Shown here in pieces: positions 9,129 to 18,933 of a stretch of DNA of 48,759 bases (the first letter of the stretch is position 1; the number at the start of each line of letters is the position of its first letter). A program made the translations under genes and the position numbers. A model generated the notes under the pieces. That model made no database searches and was not told where the DNA came from. It saw only the letters and a program-made list of their open reading frames with translations. The DNA comes from Bacteroidaceae bacterium (lineage in GTDB: Bacteria; Bacteroidota; Bacteroidia; Bacteroidales; Bacteroidaceae): contig JAFQLT010000134.1 in the NCBI GenBank assembly GCA_017396545.1, positions 1 through 48,759 of the forward strand, in the 5' to 3' direction.

Positions 9129-9154
9129 GTCATCCTGAGCGAAGCGAAGGATCT
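9129..9154 (+). repeat. Single arm of the GTCATCCTGAGCGAAGCGAAGGATCT repeat family
   Basis: Lies directly after the obg stop. The same core (CTGAGCG..GAAGGATC) recurs as hairpin pairs at 23202-23299, 23688-23756 and 45566-45656. Confidence 0.6.
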
Positions 9155-9177
9155 CGTGCCATATTACTACCAAGATT

Positions 9178-9369
9178 ATGAACGGAGACGATATTTTCAC
9201 CAAAGGCATCATGTTCAAGAAGGTGGCCACGGACCAACCCAAGGAGGAGAAGGTGAAGACCAAGGCCAAGAAGAAAGCCTATATCACGGGACAGCACCAC
9301 TCGGCATCGGCCAAGATGAAGGCTGAGATACGGCGCAAGCGTGCCAATAGACATAAGAATAAGGGGTGA
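9178..9369 (+). CDS. Small lysine/arginine-rich hypothetical protein (63 aa)
   Basis: ATG-started ORF ending inside a strong terminator hairpin. I recognise no family, so coding status is uncertain. Confidence 0.35.
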   Translation: MNGDDIFTKGIMFKKVATDQPKEEKVKTKAKKKAYITGQHHSASAKMKAEIRRKRANRHKNKG

Positions 9370-9389
9370 GCGAGGCTCACCCCTTTATT
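9361..9389. terminator. Intrinsic terminator hairpin between convergent units
   Basis: GGGGTGAGC-gag-GCTCACCCC followed by TTTATT. Confidence 0.7.
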
Positions 9390-9408
9390 GATGGAAAGGT
9401 ACGGTCGT

Positions 9409-10263
9409 TTACCAGCGTCTCATCGACATGCCGTAGACCTTGCTGCGCAGCCACAGGCCAAACTCCTCTATGCTGTGTGTGGATAGGTACTCTTGCTGTT
9501 GCTCCACACTGATGAAGGGTGCTATGCTGAGACGTGCGGGACGGCCAGCCTTGTTGAACACCTCGGATGGTAGACGTAGTAGGCGGATGCGCCAGTCGAT
9601 GAGTCCGAGCAGGTAGTAGAACTGCGAGTTGCCGTCGAAGAAGCGCACCGGAAGGATGGGAACCTGTGCCTTGGCTATGAGGCGGATGATGGCAGGTTGC
9701 CACTCACGGTCGCGTATGCAGTGGTCGCGTAGGCTGAGGTCGCTGACTGCTCCTGAGGGGAAAAGGCCCAAGGCTCCGCCCGAACGCAACTGGGTGAGGG
9801 CACGGCGTATGCCAAGTATGCTTTCCGTGGTGGCGGCTGTGCGCTCCACACCGGTGGGAGTGACGGAGATGAAGGAAGGCGAAAGGGCCTCTATGCGGGA
9901 CAGGATCTTGTTTACCATGATTTTGTAGCTGGGGCAGAGGTGTCCGAAGAAGTCGGCCAGGATAATGCCGTCGATGCTCCCGTAGGGATGGTTGCTGATG
10001 GTGATGAAGGGCTGGCCATTGCGCAGTGTGCGCAGTTGGGACATTACTTCGGATGTCTCGGCAAACACATCATATTCGATGCCTAAATCCTGGAGTATGC
10101 TGTGGGCAAAGTCGGGACCACTGAGGTGGCTATGCCGGTCGTACAAGGCATTGAGCCGGTCGATGGATAGCAAGCGCATGGCTTTGCGACCCATGAAGCG
10201 CCCCGCTGTACCTCGAAAGAGCGGAGTCATCTGTTCTAATTCCTGTAGTGTGAGCAGTGGCAT
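9409..10263 (-). CDS. Lysophospholipid acyltransferase family protein (PlsC / 'hemolysin'-type), 284 aa
   Basis: I start it at ATG 10263 (MPLLTLQELE), 12 nt after the stop of the upstream GtrA gene. It carries the acyltransferase motif block ISNHPYGSIDG and a later FPSG block. Confidence 0.8.
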   Translation of the reverse strand: MPLLTLQELEQMTPLFRGTAGRFMGRKAMRLLSIDRLNALYDRHSHLSGPDFAHSILQDLGIEYDVFAETSEVMSQLRTLRNGQPFITISNHPYGSIDGIILADFFGHLCPSYKIMVNKILSRIEALSPSFISVTPTGVERTAATTESILGIRRALTQLRSGGALGLFPSGAVSDLSLRDHCIRDREWQPAIIRLIAKAQVPILPVRFFDGNSQFYYLLGLIDWRIRLLRLPSEVFNKAGRPARLSIAPFISVEQQQEYLSTHSIEEFGLWLRSKVYGMSMRRW

Positions 10264-10274
10264 GTTGTAAATGC

Positions 10275-10727
10275 TTATAGGGGTTGTTGCGTATTGTCTG
10301 GGACCGGTGCCTTGGGCTTCTTGAATATCACGCACTCGCCCATCAGGAAGTTCAGCATGCCCGACAGGCATAGGGCTGCGAGATTGCACACCACCACATT
10401 CCAGCCGAAGATGCGCTCGAAAAGTAGCAGGAAAGCCATCTTGACGAGGAAGGTGCCTGTAGACGAGAGGTTATAGTAGAAGTACCTTCGCCAGAAACGG
10501 GGGGAAGTATATTGCTTGACTCTGTCGTGCCAGATGTAGTGCCACGAACAGAGATAGTTGGTGAGTACGGCACACTCGAACGAGAAAAATGGCGAGAGCA
10601 GGTATTGTCCCGTGTATCCGTGGAACACGAAGTGAGAGAACACCCATAGGACAAGGGTATCGACCAGTGTGCCTAAGGAGTTGGAGAACACGAATCGGGA
10701 GATCTTGCGGATATGGCGTCTCAGCAC
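10275..10727 (-). CDS. GtrA-like family membrane protein (150 aa)
   Basis: Four predicted hydrophobic helices. The N-terminus RFVFSNSLGTLVDTLVLWVF and the later ECAVLTNYLCSWHYIW segment are typical of the GtrA family. GTG start. Confidence 0.75.
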   Translation of the reverse strand: MLRRHIRKISRFVFSNSLGTLVDTLVLWVFSHFVFHGYTGQYLLSPFFSFECAVLTNYLCSWHYIWHDRVKQYTSPRFWRRYFYYNLSSTGTFLVKMAFLLLFERIFGWNVVVCNLAALCLSGMLNFLMGECVIFKKPKAPVPDNTQQPL

Positions 10728-10738
10728 TTCTTTGTCTG

Positions 10739-11437
10739 TTAGAAGGGTTTTACGGGGTCAATTTTGGCGTACTCGTCGGCATCGTGCTTGAAGTTGTTCA
10801 GATGGATGAGGATGAGTACCACCAAGATGACGAGCCCTACAAAGTCGAATGCTCCGAATGTGACAGGAGTATTGGCAACGGTGAAATGCACTGCCCACTG
10901 GCGCAATGGCGCTATCGTGGCAAACAGCGTGTTCACCACAATCATGATGAGGCGAAATTCCGTGGGACCCATGCCTGCGTATGTCAGCTTGAACTCACCC
11001 TTGAGGTGGGCATTGATGTATACCGAGATGGAGAGCAGCAGGTATACCGCCAATACGCCCATGGCAATGTAGAGGTTGAGCATGTCGCTCAACCCGGCAC
11101 CGATACACATGATGGCCATGGTGATGCCGTCGATGTTGTGGTCGAGGTAGAAGCCATAGATGGGACGCTGTGTCTTGCGCACCCGGGCCAATGTGCCGTC
11201 AAGCGAGTCGCCATACCAGTTGATGGCAAACCCCAAGGAGGATAGCCACAACCACCCGATGTGGTAGTTGGAGAGAAAATAACCTAAGGCCACTACGATG
11301 GAGCCTACCACACCGATACCGGTGAGGATGTCCGAGGTCATCCATCGGGGCTGCCGTTCGGCAAGCCATACAAGCACACGCTTCTCTGCAGCGTTAAGAA
11401 TTGATGTCTGGATACGTTTCGATTGTTCCTGTTTCAT
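10739..11437 (-). CDS. CDP-alcohol phosphatidyltransferase family protein (232 aa)
   Basis: Signature GDSLDGTLAR...GFYLDHNID (the D-G-x2-A-R ... G-x3-D-x3-D type) in a polytopic membrane protein. ATG 11437 is preferred over the TTG at 11473. Confidence 0.85.
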   Translation of the reverse strand: MKQEQSKRIQTSILNAAEKRVLVWLAERQPRWMTSDILTGIGVVGSIVVALGYFLSNYHIGWLWLSSLGFAINWYGDSLDGTLARVRKTQRPIYGFYLDHNIDGITMAIMCIGAGLSDMLNLYIAMGVLAVYLLLSISVYINAHLKGEFKLTYAGMGPTEFRLIMIVVNTLFATIAPLRQWAVHFTVANTPVTFGAFDFVGLVILVVLILIHLNNFKHDADEYAKIDPVKPF

Positions 11438-11662
11438 ATTAAGGGAATGGTTAATGTTGGATAAATGTCGCAAAAGTCGGAAATATTATCCGTTACTTAA
11501 TAATAAAAATTAGCATAAAAATGTTCAAAAAGTCTGTTTTAAGAAAGTTTTGCAAAAAATGGATATCATTGTGCTGAAGATGAAGCTTTGCTGGCAAAAA
11601 AAAGAATTTGGGCAACATCACAGAAAATTGCATATAGACTTGCATTTTCATTCGCCTTGCAC

Positions 11663-11670
11663 TAAATTTG
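11663..11670 (+). promoter_or_regulatory. Candidate -7 box TAAATTTG upstream of tdh
   Basis: Exact TAnnTTTG match about 79 nt upstream of ATG 11749. Confidence 0.4.
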
Positions 11671-11748
11671 CACACTGAAAAGTGTAGGCATAGACGCAGA
11701 TGCAGCTATGACGAGAAACAGTTTCATTCACTTAATATATCTACAAAA

Positions 11749-12774
11749 ATGAAAGCGTTAGTAAAGAAACAGCCCGGTAAGGGCATTTGGATGGAAGAGG
11801 TTCCTATGCCCGCAGTGGGTGTGAACGATGTACTCATCAAAATCAAGAAGACCGCCATCTGCGGTACCGACCTGCACATCTACAAATGGGACGAGTGGAG
11901 TCAGAAGACCATCAAGACTCCCATGACCATCGGTCACGAGTATGTAGGCGTAGTAGCTGAGGTAGGCCCTGGTGTACGAAATATCAAGGTGGGCGACCGT
12001 GTGACCGGTGAGGGGCACATCGCTTGTGGACACTGCCGTAACTGCCGTCGTGGCCTCCAGCACATCTGTGAGAACAGTGTGGGTGTGGGTGTGAACCGTG
12101 ACGGTGCTTTTGCTGAGTATCTCAGCATCCCCGAGAGTAACGTGGTGAAGCTTGATGACCGTATCTCTGATGACATGGCAGCCATCATGGACCCCTTCGG
12201 TAACGCTACACATACCGCACTCTCATTCCCCCTGCTCGGTGAAGACGTGCTCATCACCGGTGCCGGACTCATCGGAACCATGGCTACCGCCATTGCCAAG
12301 TTTGCCGGTGCTAAGAACATTGTCGTTACCGACCTCAGTGACTATCGTCTCGACATCGCCAAGAAGATGGGTGCAACCTGCACCGTGAACGCATCGAAGG
12401 GGGAGACCGTACAGGGTGCTATGGAACAGCTCGGTATCCGCGGCTTCGACGTAGGTCTCGAGATGTCTGGTGCTCCCGTAGCTTTCCGTGAGATGGTAGC
12501 CAAGATGTACAACGGCTCAAAGATTGCCCAGCTCGGTATCCTGCCTCCGACCACAACCGTTGACTGGAGTGAAATCATCTTCAAGGCACTTACCATCAAG
12601 GGTATCTATGGCCGCGAGATGTGGGAGACATGGTACAAGATGGAGCAGATGCTTGTCTCGGGTCTCGACCTCTCACCCGTAATCACCCACCACTTCCCCA
12701 TAGCCGACTTCCAGAAAGGCTTCGATGTGATGGAGTCTGGTCAGTGTGGTAAGGTAATCCTCGACTGGGAATAA
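11749..12774 (+). CDS. tdh: L-threonine 3-dehydrogenase (zinc alcohol dehydrogenase family)
   Basis: MKALVKK...[14 protein letters not shown]...GHEYVG...GHCRNCRRG. The length (341 aa) and these motifs fit Tdh. Confidence 0.9.
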   Translation: MKALVKKQPGKGIWMEEVPMPAVGVNDVLIKIKKTAICGTDLHIYKWDEWSQKTIKTPMTIGHEYVGVVAEVGPGVRNIKVGDRVTGEGHIACGHCRNCRRGLQHICENSVGVGVNRDGAFAEYLSIPESNVVKLDDRISDDMAAIMDPFGNATHTALSFPLLGEDVLITGAGLIGTMATAIAKFAGAKNIVVTDLSDYRLDIAKKMGATCTVNASKGETVQGAMEQLGIRGFDVGLEMSGAPVAFREMVAKMYNGSKIAQLGILPPTTTVDWSEIIFKALTIKGIYGREMWETWYKMEQMLVSGLDLSPVITHHFPIADFQKGFDVMESGQCGKVILDWE

Positions 12775-12797
12775 TCCTTTACATTTACATATATATA

Positions 12798-12829
12798 AGA
12801 GAGAGGGCGGCACCCTCTCTCTTTTTTTT
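12798..12829 (+). terminator. Intrinsic terminator after tdh
   Basis: AGAGAGAGGG-cggca-CCCTCTCTCT followed by T8. Confidence 0.8.
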
Positions 12830-12975
12830 CTTAATTTGTTTTGTGGTTTCATTTATTCGCTCTGTCTTTGTCACCTCGAAATAGCAAAAAGGCATGGATG
12901 GACATAGAAAAGTCCTGAAAATAGACCTTATTAGGGCATTTCGATAGAATATAGGTATTAACTTTAAGTATATTT

Positions 12976-14166
12976 ATGAAAAGGAAACATTTGCTGCTTG
13001 CGGCTTTGATGCTCGTGTCTGTAGGCATGTATGCGCAAGAAAAGATTACAATCAAAGGGCATGTGAAATTCATGGAAGAGGGTTTTAAGGTAACCGTATT
13101 CCAACGTAGCGGAACCTCGCGTAATGTGTTGGCCGAAACAGTGGTTAATGCTGACCACACATACTCGCTGGAAGTTCCTGTTGATATGCCTGGAGTAGCT
13201 GTGGTAGACTGCGGACGCTGGCAGTCGGTGAACGTGTGGTTGGAAGATGAGAACCTTGATATCGACTTCAGAGGACTTGATACTGCCAAGATAAAGATAA
13301 AGAATCCTCCTTATGTATATATTCGCGGTGGAAAAAATAACGAGTTGATGAATCTTATCAATTATGAGAATCACCGTGCTTACCAAAGGATGATCGCTAT
13401 CTCGCAAAATGCTTATCGGGTGAAATTCCAAGACGAAGCCGAGAAGAGCAAACTTAGCGTGTCGATGTACGGTATGAGCAGCGATAACGCTACCGCTTAC
13501 ATGCGCTATTTTGCCGAGCACTATACCGACCGCAATAGTGTGCTGGTAGCTATTGCCAGCTTGAACGAAGAGGAAGACAAAGCTCTTATTGAAGAATCAT
13601 TGTCAAAGTTGGAGCAATTGTCTCCCGTGTCAAAGACATTGGTTGACAATCTGAGAAAGGAGCGCGCTGAGCAGAAAGCACGTGTAGAGCGCATGAAGGT
13701 TGGCAATCCTGCACCGGCATTCACCTGCCAGAGCCCCAAGGGAAAGACTTTGTCGCCGGCAAAGTACAAGGGCAAGGTGCTCGTGCTCGACTTCTGGGCA
13801 TCGTGGTGTGGCCCCTGCCGTCAGGAAATCCCTAACATGAAGAAATTCTACGAAGAGTTCAAAGGGCAGGGAGTTGAGTTCCTCAGCGTATCAATAGATG
13901 CCAAAGAGGAGGCTTGGCGCAAGGCTTTGAAAGACGAGAATATGGCTTGGCCACAAGGATGGGTGAAGGATGCCGGGAAAGAGGTTATGGAACTTTACCA
14001 ATTTGGTGGAATCCCTTTTATCCTTGTGATAGATAGAGATGGCAACATCTACAAGAAACATGTCAGAGGAGAAGGTATAAGGACTGCTATCCAAGATTGC
14101 CTCGATGGCAAAAAAGCCTCAGCACCTAAGACTGTCAGTATGGGCATGATGGGAGCAGCAATGTAA
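12976..14166 (+). CDS. TlpA-like thiol:disulfide oxidoreductase (DUF4369-type N-domain plus thioredoxin fold), secreted
   Basis: Signal peptide MKRKHLLLAALMLVSVGMYAQ. C-terminal redoxin fold with active site WASWCGPC. Confidence 0.85.
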   Translation: MKRKHLLLAALMLVSVGMYAQEKITIKGHVKFMEEGFKVTVFQRSGTSRNVLAETVVNADHTYSLEVPVDMPGVAVVDCGRWQSVNVWLEDENLDIDFRGLDTAKIKIKNPPYVYIRGGKNNELMNLINYENHRAYQRMIAISQNAYRVKFQDEAEKSKLSVSMYGMSSDNATAYMRYFAEHYTDRNSVLVAIASLNEEEDKALIEESLSKLEQLSPVSKTLVDNLRKERAEQKARVERMKVGNPAPAFTCQSPKGKTLSPAKYKGKVLVLDFWASWCGPCRQEIPNMKKFYEEFKGQGVEFLSVSIDAKEEAWRKALKDENMAWPQGWVKDAGKEVMELYQFGGIPFILVIDRDGNIYKKHVRGEGIRTAIQDCLDGKKASAPKTVSMGMMGAAM

Positions 14167-14229
14167 AAGCTAAGGTAAAATCTTTTAGGAATTATTTATA
14201 TATGTTTAATTATAATTAAAATCAAGATT

Positions 14230-15747
14230 ATGAAAGTAAAATTTTCATGGATGTATTTGGCTGCTCTTGTTGCAGCATTTACTTGGACCTCATGTGAGAA
14301 GGAGGATTCCGTAGCTCCTGCAGTAGGTATCACAGAAATTAAGGTTACTCCCGAGGGTAGCGCAGTGAGTTACACTGCTGCAATCAATGGCTACGATGCT
14401 GTAGTGGCTGTTCCTGTGGACATGTTGGACGCTGCATTGGCTGCTGCCACAATAGAGGCAACACCCACAATGGGTTCGGAAGTACTCTACAACAATGAAA
14501 CTATTGGTGCAGGAGTTGTAGTAGACCTCACTTCACCTGTAACTTTGATTGCAAAGGGTGCTGATGGCAAGACTGTAGCCTATACCGTTACTGTTACTCG
14601 CGCTAGTGCAGCGGATGGCAATATGCTTGTGAAGTCTTCTAAGTTCATCGGTTTCCCCGCAGGCTTGATTGACTACGACGTAACTTACTTCAACAATAAG
14701 TTCTACGCTATCACGACAGCTGTTTCTGGTACAGGAACTGAAGAAGATCCTATGGTTGAGTACTATCAGTTGTTCTCTTCTACAGACGGTATCAACTGGT
14801 CTGAGGTTAAGTACAATGCCTCTACCGAAGGCGTAGTACTTCCTGAGGGCCAAGATGGTTATGTTATCGGTGGTGAAGGTGCACGCTTGGCTGTTTACAA
14901 CGGTCGCATGTATGTTCTTGGTGGTGCACGCACCAAGGGGGCAGACATCTATGGTAATGCTGCAGAAGCAGATGACTGGGGTTGGGGACCCTTGGCAAGA
15001 CTTGACTCATGGCGTTCATTCTCAACAGCTGACGGTGTAAACTTCGTATGCGATACAATTGGTGCTGTTTATACTAGAAATGAGGATGTCCGCTCTATTG
15101 ATGATATTGCCGCTGCACATGTGAATGTAGTTTCATTTGATGGTAAATTGTTTATGCAGGGCGGCTACTATCCTGCATTCGGTATGTGGCAGGGTGCTCG
15201 TCGCTACTTGTCTTCCACTGACGGAAAGAATTGGAACAATGTAACGCCTGCAAGCACAAGCGAAGAGAATGCCGTAGATGTTCACCAGCGCATGGGCAAT
15301 GCTTTCTTTGTATACAAAAACAAAATGTGGTGCTTGGGAGGTTACAAGAACTTTGTAGACCCCGGCATGATGGTAAATAGCGTATGGTCTTCTGAAGACG
15401 GAGTGAACTGGGCAATGGAGGTAGACTCTGTTAAGGGCTTCAGCAACATCTTCGATGCAGAGGTTCTTGCTACAGAAGAGGCTGTTTACTTGTTCGGTGG
15501 AAACATCTGCAATGCAGAGGGTGCTACAGTTTCTAACAAGATCTACCGCTCTACCGACTGTATCAACTGGGAAGAGGTTGAGGCACCTGAGACATTCACA
15601 GCTCGTCGTCACATCGCTGGTGTAGCACAGGGTAATTCAGCATGGTTGTTCGGTGGTATCGCAACTCCCTCAGGAGATACTTATGGCTACCCTGTAACGG
15701 ATACAGATGAATTTGCCACAGATACATGGGTTAGACTCATGAACTAA
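14230..15747 (+). CDS. Surface lipoprotein with an Ig-like N-domain and a six-blade Kelch-like beta-propeller
   Basis: Lipobox ...AAFTWTSCEKED. Six repeated blades end in the (L/M/F)GG signature: NKFYAITT, GRMYVLGG, GKLFMQGG, NKMWCLGG, EAVYLFGG, SAWLFGG. Confidence 0.8.
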   Translation: MKVKFSWMYLAALVAAFTWTSCEKEDSVAPAVGITEIKVTPEGSAVSYTAAINGYDAVVAVPVDMLDAALAAATIEATPTMGSEVLYNNETIGAGVVVDLTSPVTLIAKGADGKTVAYTVTVTRASAADGNMLVKSSKFIGFPAGLIDYDVTYFNNKFYAITTAVSGTGTEEDPMVEYYQLFSSTDGINWSEVKYNASTEGVVLPEGQDGYVIGGEGARLAVYNGRMYVLGGARTKGADIYGNAAEADDWGWGPLARLDSWRSFSTADGVNFVCDTIGAVYTRNEDVRSIDDIAAAHVNVVSFDGKLFMQGGYYPAFGMWQGARRYLSSTDGKNWNNVTPASTSEENAVDVHQRMGNAFFVYKNKMWCLGGYKNFVDPGMMVNSVWSSEDGVNWAMEVDSVKGFSNIFDAEVLATEEAVYLFGGNICNAEGATVSNKIYRSTDCINWEEVEAPETFTARRHIAGVAQGNSAWLFGGIATPSGDTYGYPVTDTDEFATDTWVRLMN

Positions 15748-15769
15748 GATTTATTTAACAACAAAAGGA

Positions 15770-15798
15770 GTGTGTCCTCATGGGCACACCCTTTTTTT
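15770..15798 (+). terminator. Hairpin plus T7 between the lipoprotein gene and susC (terminator or attenuator)
   Basis: GTGTGTCC-tcat-GGGCACAC gives 8 bp including one G-U pair, followed by TTTTTTT. Confidence 0.55.
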
Positions 15799-15812
15799 AT
15801 TTTTGACTCGGA

Positions 15813-18800
15813 ATGAAACTCAAATCACTTCTTATATCTTGCCTTTCATTGGTGGCAGTCGTAACTGTCGCACAGAACCAACAGGTAAGTGGTATCGTGG
15901 TGGACGAGCGAGGCCTGCCGATGGAGATGGTTAGCGTATACGTGAAAGGAACCTCCAATGTAGTGCCCACAGATACCTATGGTAAATATACAATAGAAGC
16001 GAGTCCTAAGGATACACTTCTCTTCACTTTTCTCGGCTATCTGAAGCAAGAAATTATAGTCGGGAAACGCAAGAATATAGACATTGCATTGAAACCAAAC
16101 AATGACTTCAAATTAACCGACTTGGTTGTTACCGGTTATGGTAAGCAGGAACGTAGAGACCTTACGGGTTCGGTGTCTTCAGTAAAGCTTGATGACCGGG
16201 TGGGGTTCCAGTCTGTGGACCAGCTGCTTCAGGGAAAGGCTCCGGGAGTATATATGACCAACTCATCGGGTGCTTTGGGCTCGGCCAATCTGCTTACCAT
16301 CCGAGGCGTAAGCTCTATCATGGGAGACAACACCCCTCTCTATGTCATTGACGGTGTGCCTGTGTATAGTACCGATCGCGAAGCCAACTCGATGGATGTA
16401 TCGGGCGGTTCTGTCCCTGGAATCGCTATGGGCGGAACCCAAATAGGGGGTGGCTCACTCAAGTATAACTATGATTTGAGGTATTCATTCGAGAAAAACC
16501 CTTTAGCAACACTCAACCCTAATGATATCGAGTCAATCGAAATCCTGAAGGATGCCTTTGCTACCGCCATCTATGGTTCGCGCGGTGCAGCGGGTGTTAT
16601 CCTCATCACCACAAAGAAAGGTAGTCGTGACCGAACACAGGTAAATGTGGGCTATACCATGTCTATAGATAACCCGATGGGCAAGCTTGAACTGCTCAAT
16701 GGTGACGAGTACTCAGACGTTTACAACAAGTACTACAAGATGGGTTATCCTCGTTATGCCAACACAGACTGGGTGGATGCCGTGACCCGTACGGCTGTAA
16801 GCCATTCTACGAATGCATCTGTGTCAGGAGGTACTGGGAAGACAACCTATTTTGCAAGCTTGTCGTATGATGACAATGAATCCTATGTAATAAACAACGA
16901 CATGCAGCGCTATGCCGCACGCATGAACTTGAATACGGCAATTACCGATCGTCTGAACATCGGCATGAATATGTCGTTGACCAAACTTTACAACAATGCC
17001 CTTTCTGCAAGCAGCATCTACGCATTGGCACTCAAGAAAGCTCCCAACCTCCCTATCTGGGACGATAAAACGGGGGACTACTACTATGGCTACTCACCCA
17101 ATGCGAAGGGAGACACAGAAGCCTTTAACCCGGTAGCAATGGCCTACATAAACGACGAAGGTCTTGAAGACACACGTATCGTAGGTAACGGTTTCCTTGA
17201 ATACAAGCCTGCAAACTGGATTTCTCTGCGAAGCGAGATTGGTATTGACAACTACAACTCTTTCACTTCAATCCGTAAAGGCGCTTTACCTGAGAGCCTA
17301 AGTGGTGCTATCGGCAATCAAGCCACCGAGTCAACGGCTCTCAAGAACAAAATGGTTATCAATAACCACATCAACATCAACAAGAGCTTTGGCAACCATT
17401 TTATACTGGGAGTCATCGGACAAAGCTATGAATATAGCCAGGAACGCTCCATGTCAGTCGCTGGAAGCGACTTCTTCAGTCCAGACCTCAACGGTGTGGG
17501 GGCTGCCCAAAGCAAGCGTGTGACAGGTGCGTCGATGCGACAATATGCACTGTTCTCTGCTTTTGCCCGTTTGAACTACCAATTGAAGCAACGCTACTTG
17601 GCTGGTGTTACCTATCGTCTCGACGGCTCTTCGCGCTTCAATAGAAATCACCGGTACCTCAGCACCCCCTCTTTCTCTTTGGGGTGGAGATTATCTGAGG
17701 AAGGCTTCATCAAAAACAATACCGATCTGTTCAGCGAATTGAAGCTTCGCGGCTCGGTAGGTCTCTCCAGCAAGGATGGCAACAACAGTTACTATGGCGC
17801 ACAGGCCGTATACAACCTCAATACACTGACCAGTTACGGAGGGTACAACTATCTGCAAATGTCACAACCCGGCAACGAGAACCTTGATTGGGAACGTACC
17901 ATTACTTATGATGCCGGTCTCGACATGGAAATGTGTGAGGGTCGTATCAAGATGACTCTTGACTATTACTATAAGAAGACCACAAATATGCTTTTCGCTT
18001 CTGACCTGCCACTCTATACCGGTTATACGAAAGAGAACCAGAACATTGCAGATATGATGAATCAGGGTATCGACTTGCAGTTCATCACCACTAATATCCA
18101 GACCAATGATTTCCAATGGCAAACCATTCTCAACCTGTCCAGATCTACAAACAAAATCCTCAAATTGAAATTTGAGGGTAATCAATTAGATAATGCCAAC
18201 AGCTCGTACAAGTATTATGCCGAAGGAGCACCTGTCGCACAATGGTATTTGCACGAATGGGTAGGCGTGGATCCTATGACAGGAGACCCTCTATGGAAAT
18301 ATGCAGATGGGACCATTTCCAATATTGCACCAGAGTCTAACTATGCAACATCACAAGCGAATAAGTTTGTTAAAGGAACTGCGTTGCCTGACCTTTATGG
18401 ATCAATGACAAATTCCTTGTTCTACAAAAACTTTGAATTAAACTTTATGTTCACCTTCGCCCTTGGAAGCAGAATGATGAACAGCACACGCGCCACTTTA
18501 TTGACCTATACGAATACCGATGCAAATAATCTCGGCAAAGAGATACTATCCATGTGGCAACTCCCAGGACAGAAAACCGATATTCCTAAACTGAACAATA
18601 GTTCGATTGTCAATGGCTACGACTACACCACCGCCATTACCACAACCCGCTTCCTGGAGGACAACTCATATTTGAGACTGAAGAATGTGACATTAACTTA
18701 CAATGTACCGCAACGTTTACTTATCAAGACCAAGACCTTTAGGCAATTGAGCCTGTTTGCCACATTTACGAACCTTCTCACTTTCACGAAGTATTCAGGC

Positions 18801-18911
18801 TTAGATCCCGAAGTCAGTGCTTTCGGCTCTTCTGCCATTGGTGCTGGTTATGATAACAGCACCATGCCGCAGTCGCGCAGTTATCAGTTCGGTGTCAGGG
18901 CAAGTTTCTAA
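15813..18911 (+). CDS. SusC/RagA-family TonB-dependent outer-membrane transporter
   Basis: Signal peptide, a carboxypeptidase-regulatory-like N-domain (VSGIVVDERGLPMEMVSVYVKGT), a plug region (DLVVTGYGKQERRDLTGSV) and a C-terminal ...YQFGVRASF beta-barrel terminus. Confidence 0.9.
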   Translation: MKLKSLLISCLSLVAVVTVAQNQQVSGIVVDERGLPMEMVSVYVKGTSNVVPTDTYGKYTIEASPKDTLLFTFLGYLKQEIIVGKRKNIDIALKPNNDFKLTDLVVTGYGKQERRDLTGSVSSVKLDDRVGFQSVDQLLQGKAPGVYMTNSSGALGSANLLTIRGVSSIMGDNTPLYVIDGVPVYSTDREANSMDVSGGSVPGIAMGGTQIGGGSLKYNYDLRYSFEKNPLATLNPNDIESIEILKDAFATAIYGSRGAAGVILITTKKGSRDRTQVNVGYTMSIDNPMGKLELLNGDEYSDVYNKYYKMGYPRYANTDWVDAVTRTAVSHSTNASVSGGTGKTTYFASLSYDDNESYVINNDMQRYAARMNLNTAITDRLNIGMNMSLTKLYNNALSASSIYALALKKAPNLPIWDDKTGDYYYGYSPNAKGDTEAFNPVAMAYINDEGLEDTRIVGNGFLEYKPANWISLRSEIGIDNYNSFTSIRKGALPESLSGAIGNQATESTALKNKMVINNHININKSFGNHFILGVIGQSYEYSQERSMSVAGSDFFSPDLNGVGAAQSKRVTGASMRQYALFSAFARLNYQLKQRYLAGVTYRLDGSSRFNRNHRYLSTPSFSLGWRLSEEGFIKNNTDLFSELKLRGSVGLSSKDGNNSYYGAQAVYNLNTLTSYGGYNYLQMSQPGNENLDWERTITYDAGLDMEMCEGRIKMTLDYYYKKTTNMLFASDLPLYTGYTKENQNIADMMNQGIDLQFITTNIQTNDFQWQTILNLSRSTNKILKLKFEGNQLDNANSSYKYYAEGAPVAQWYLHEWVGVDPMTGDPLWKYADGTISNIAPESNYATSQANKFVKGTALPDLYGSMTNSLFYKNFELNFMFTFALGSRMMNSTRATLLTYTNTDANNLGKEILSMWQLPGQKTDIPKLNNSSIVNGYDYTTAITTTRFLEDNSYLRLKNVTLTYNVPQRLLIKTKTFRQLSLFATFTNLLTFTKYSGLDPEVSAFGSSAIGAGYDNSTMPQSRSYQFGVRASF

Positions 18912-18933
18912 TTTTTTAATGCAACAGAAGAAT

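Noticed and set aside
8510-9133. 207-aa serine-rich minus-strand ORF. Other antisense ORFs lie over obg, ftsZ, ftsA, ino1, lpdA and der.
   Set aside because: They lie opposite well-supported housekeeping CDS, have biased composition, and have no independent start or promoter context.
10589-11245. 218-aa plus-strand ORF overlapping the GtrA and CDP-alcohol transferase genes.
   Set aside because: It is antisense to two membrane-protein CDS with clear family signatures. It has no motif and an odd composition.
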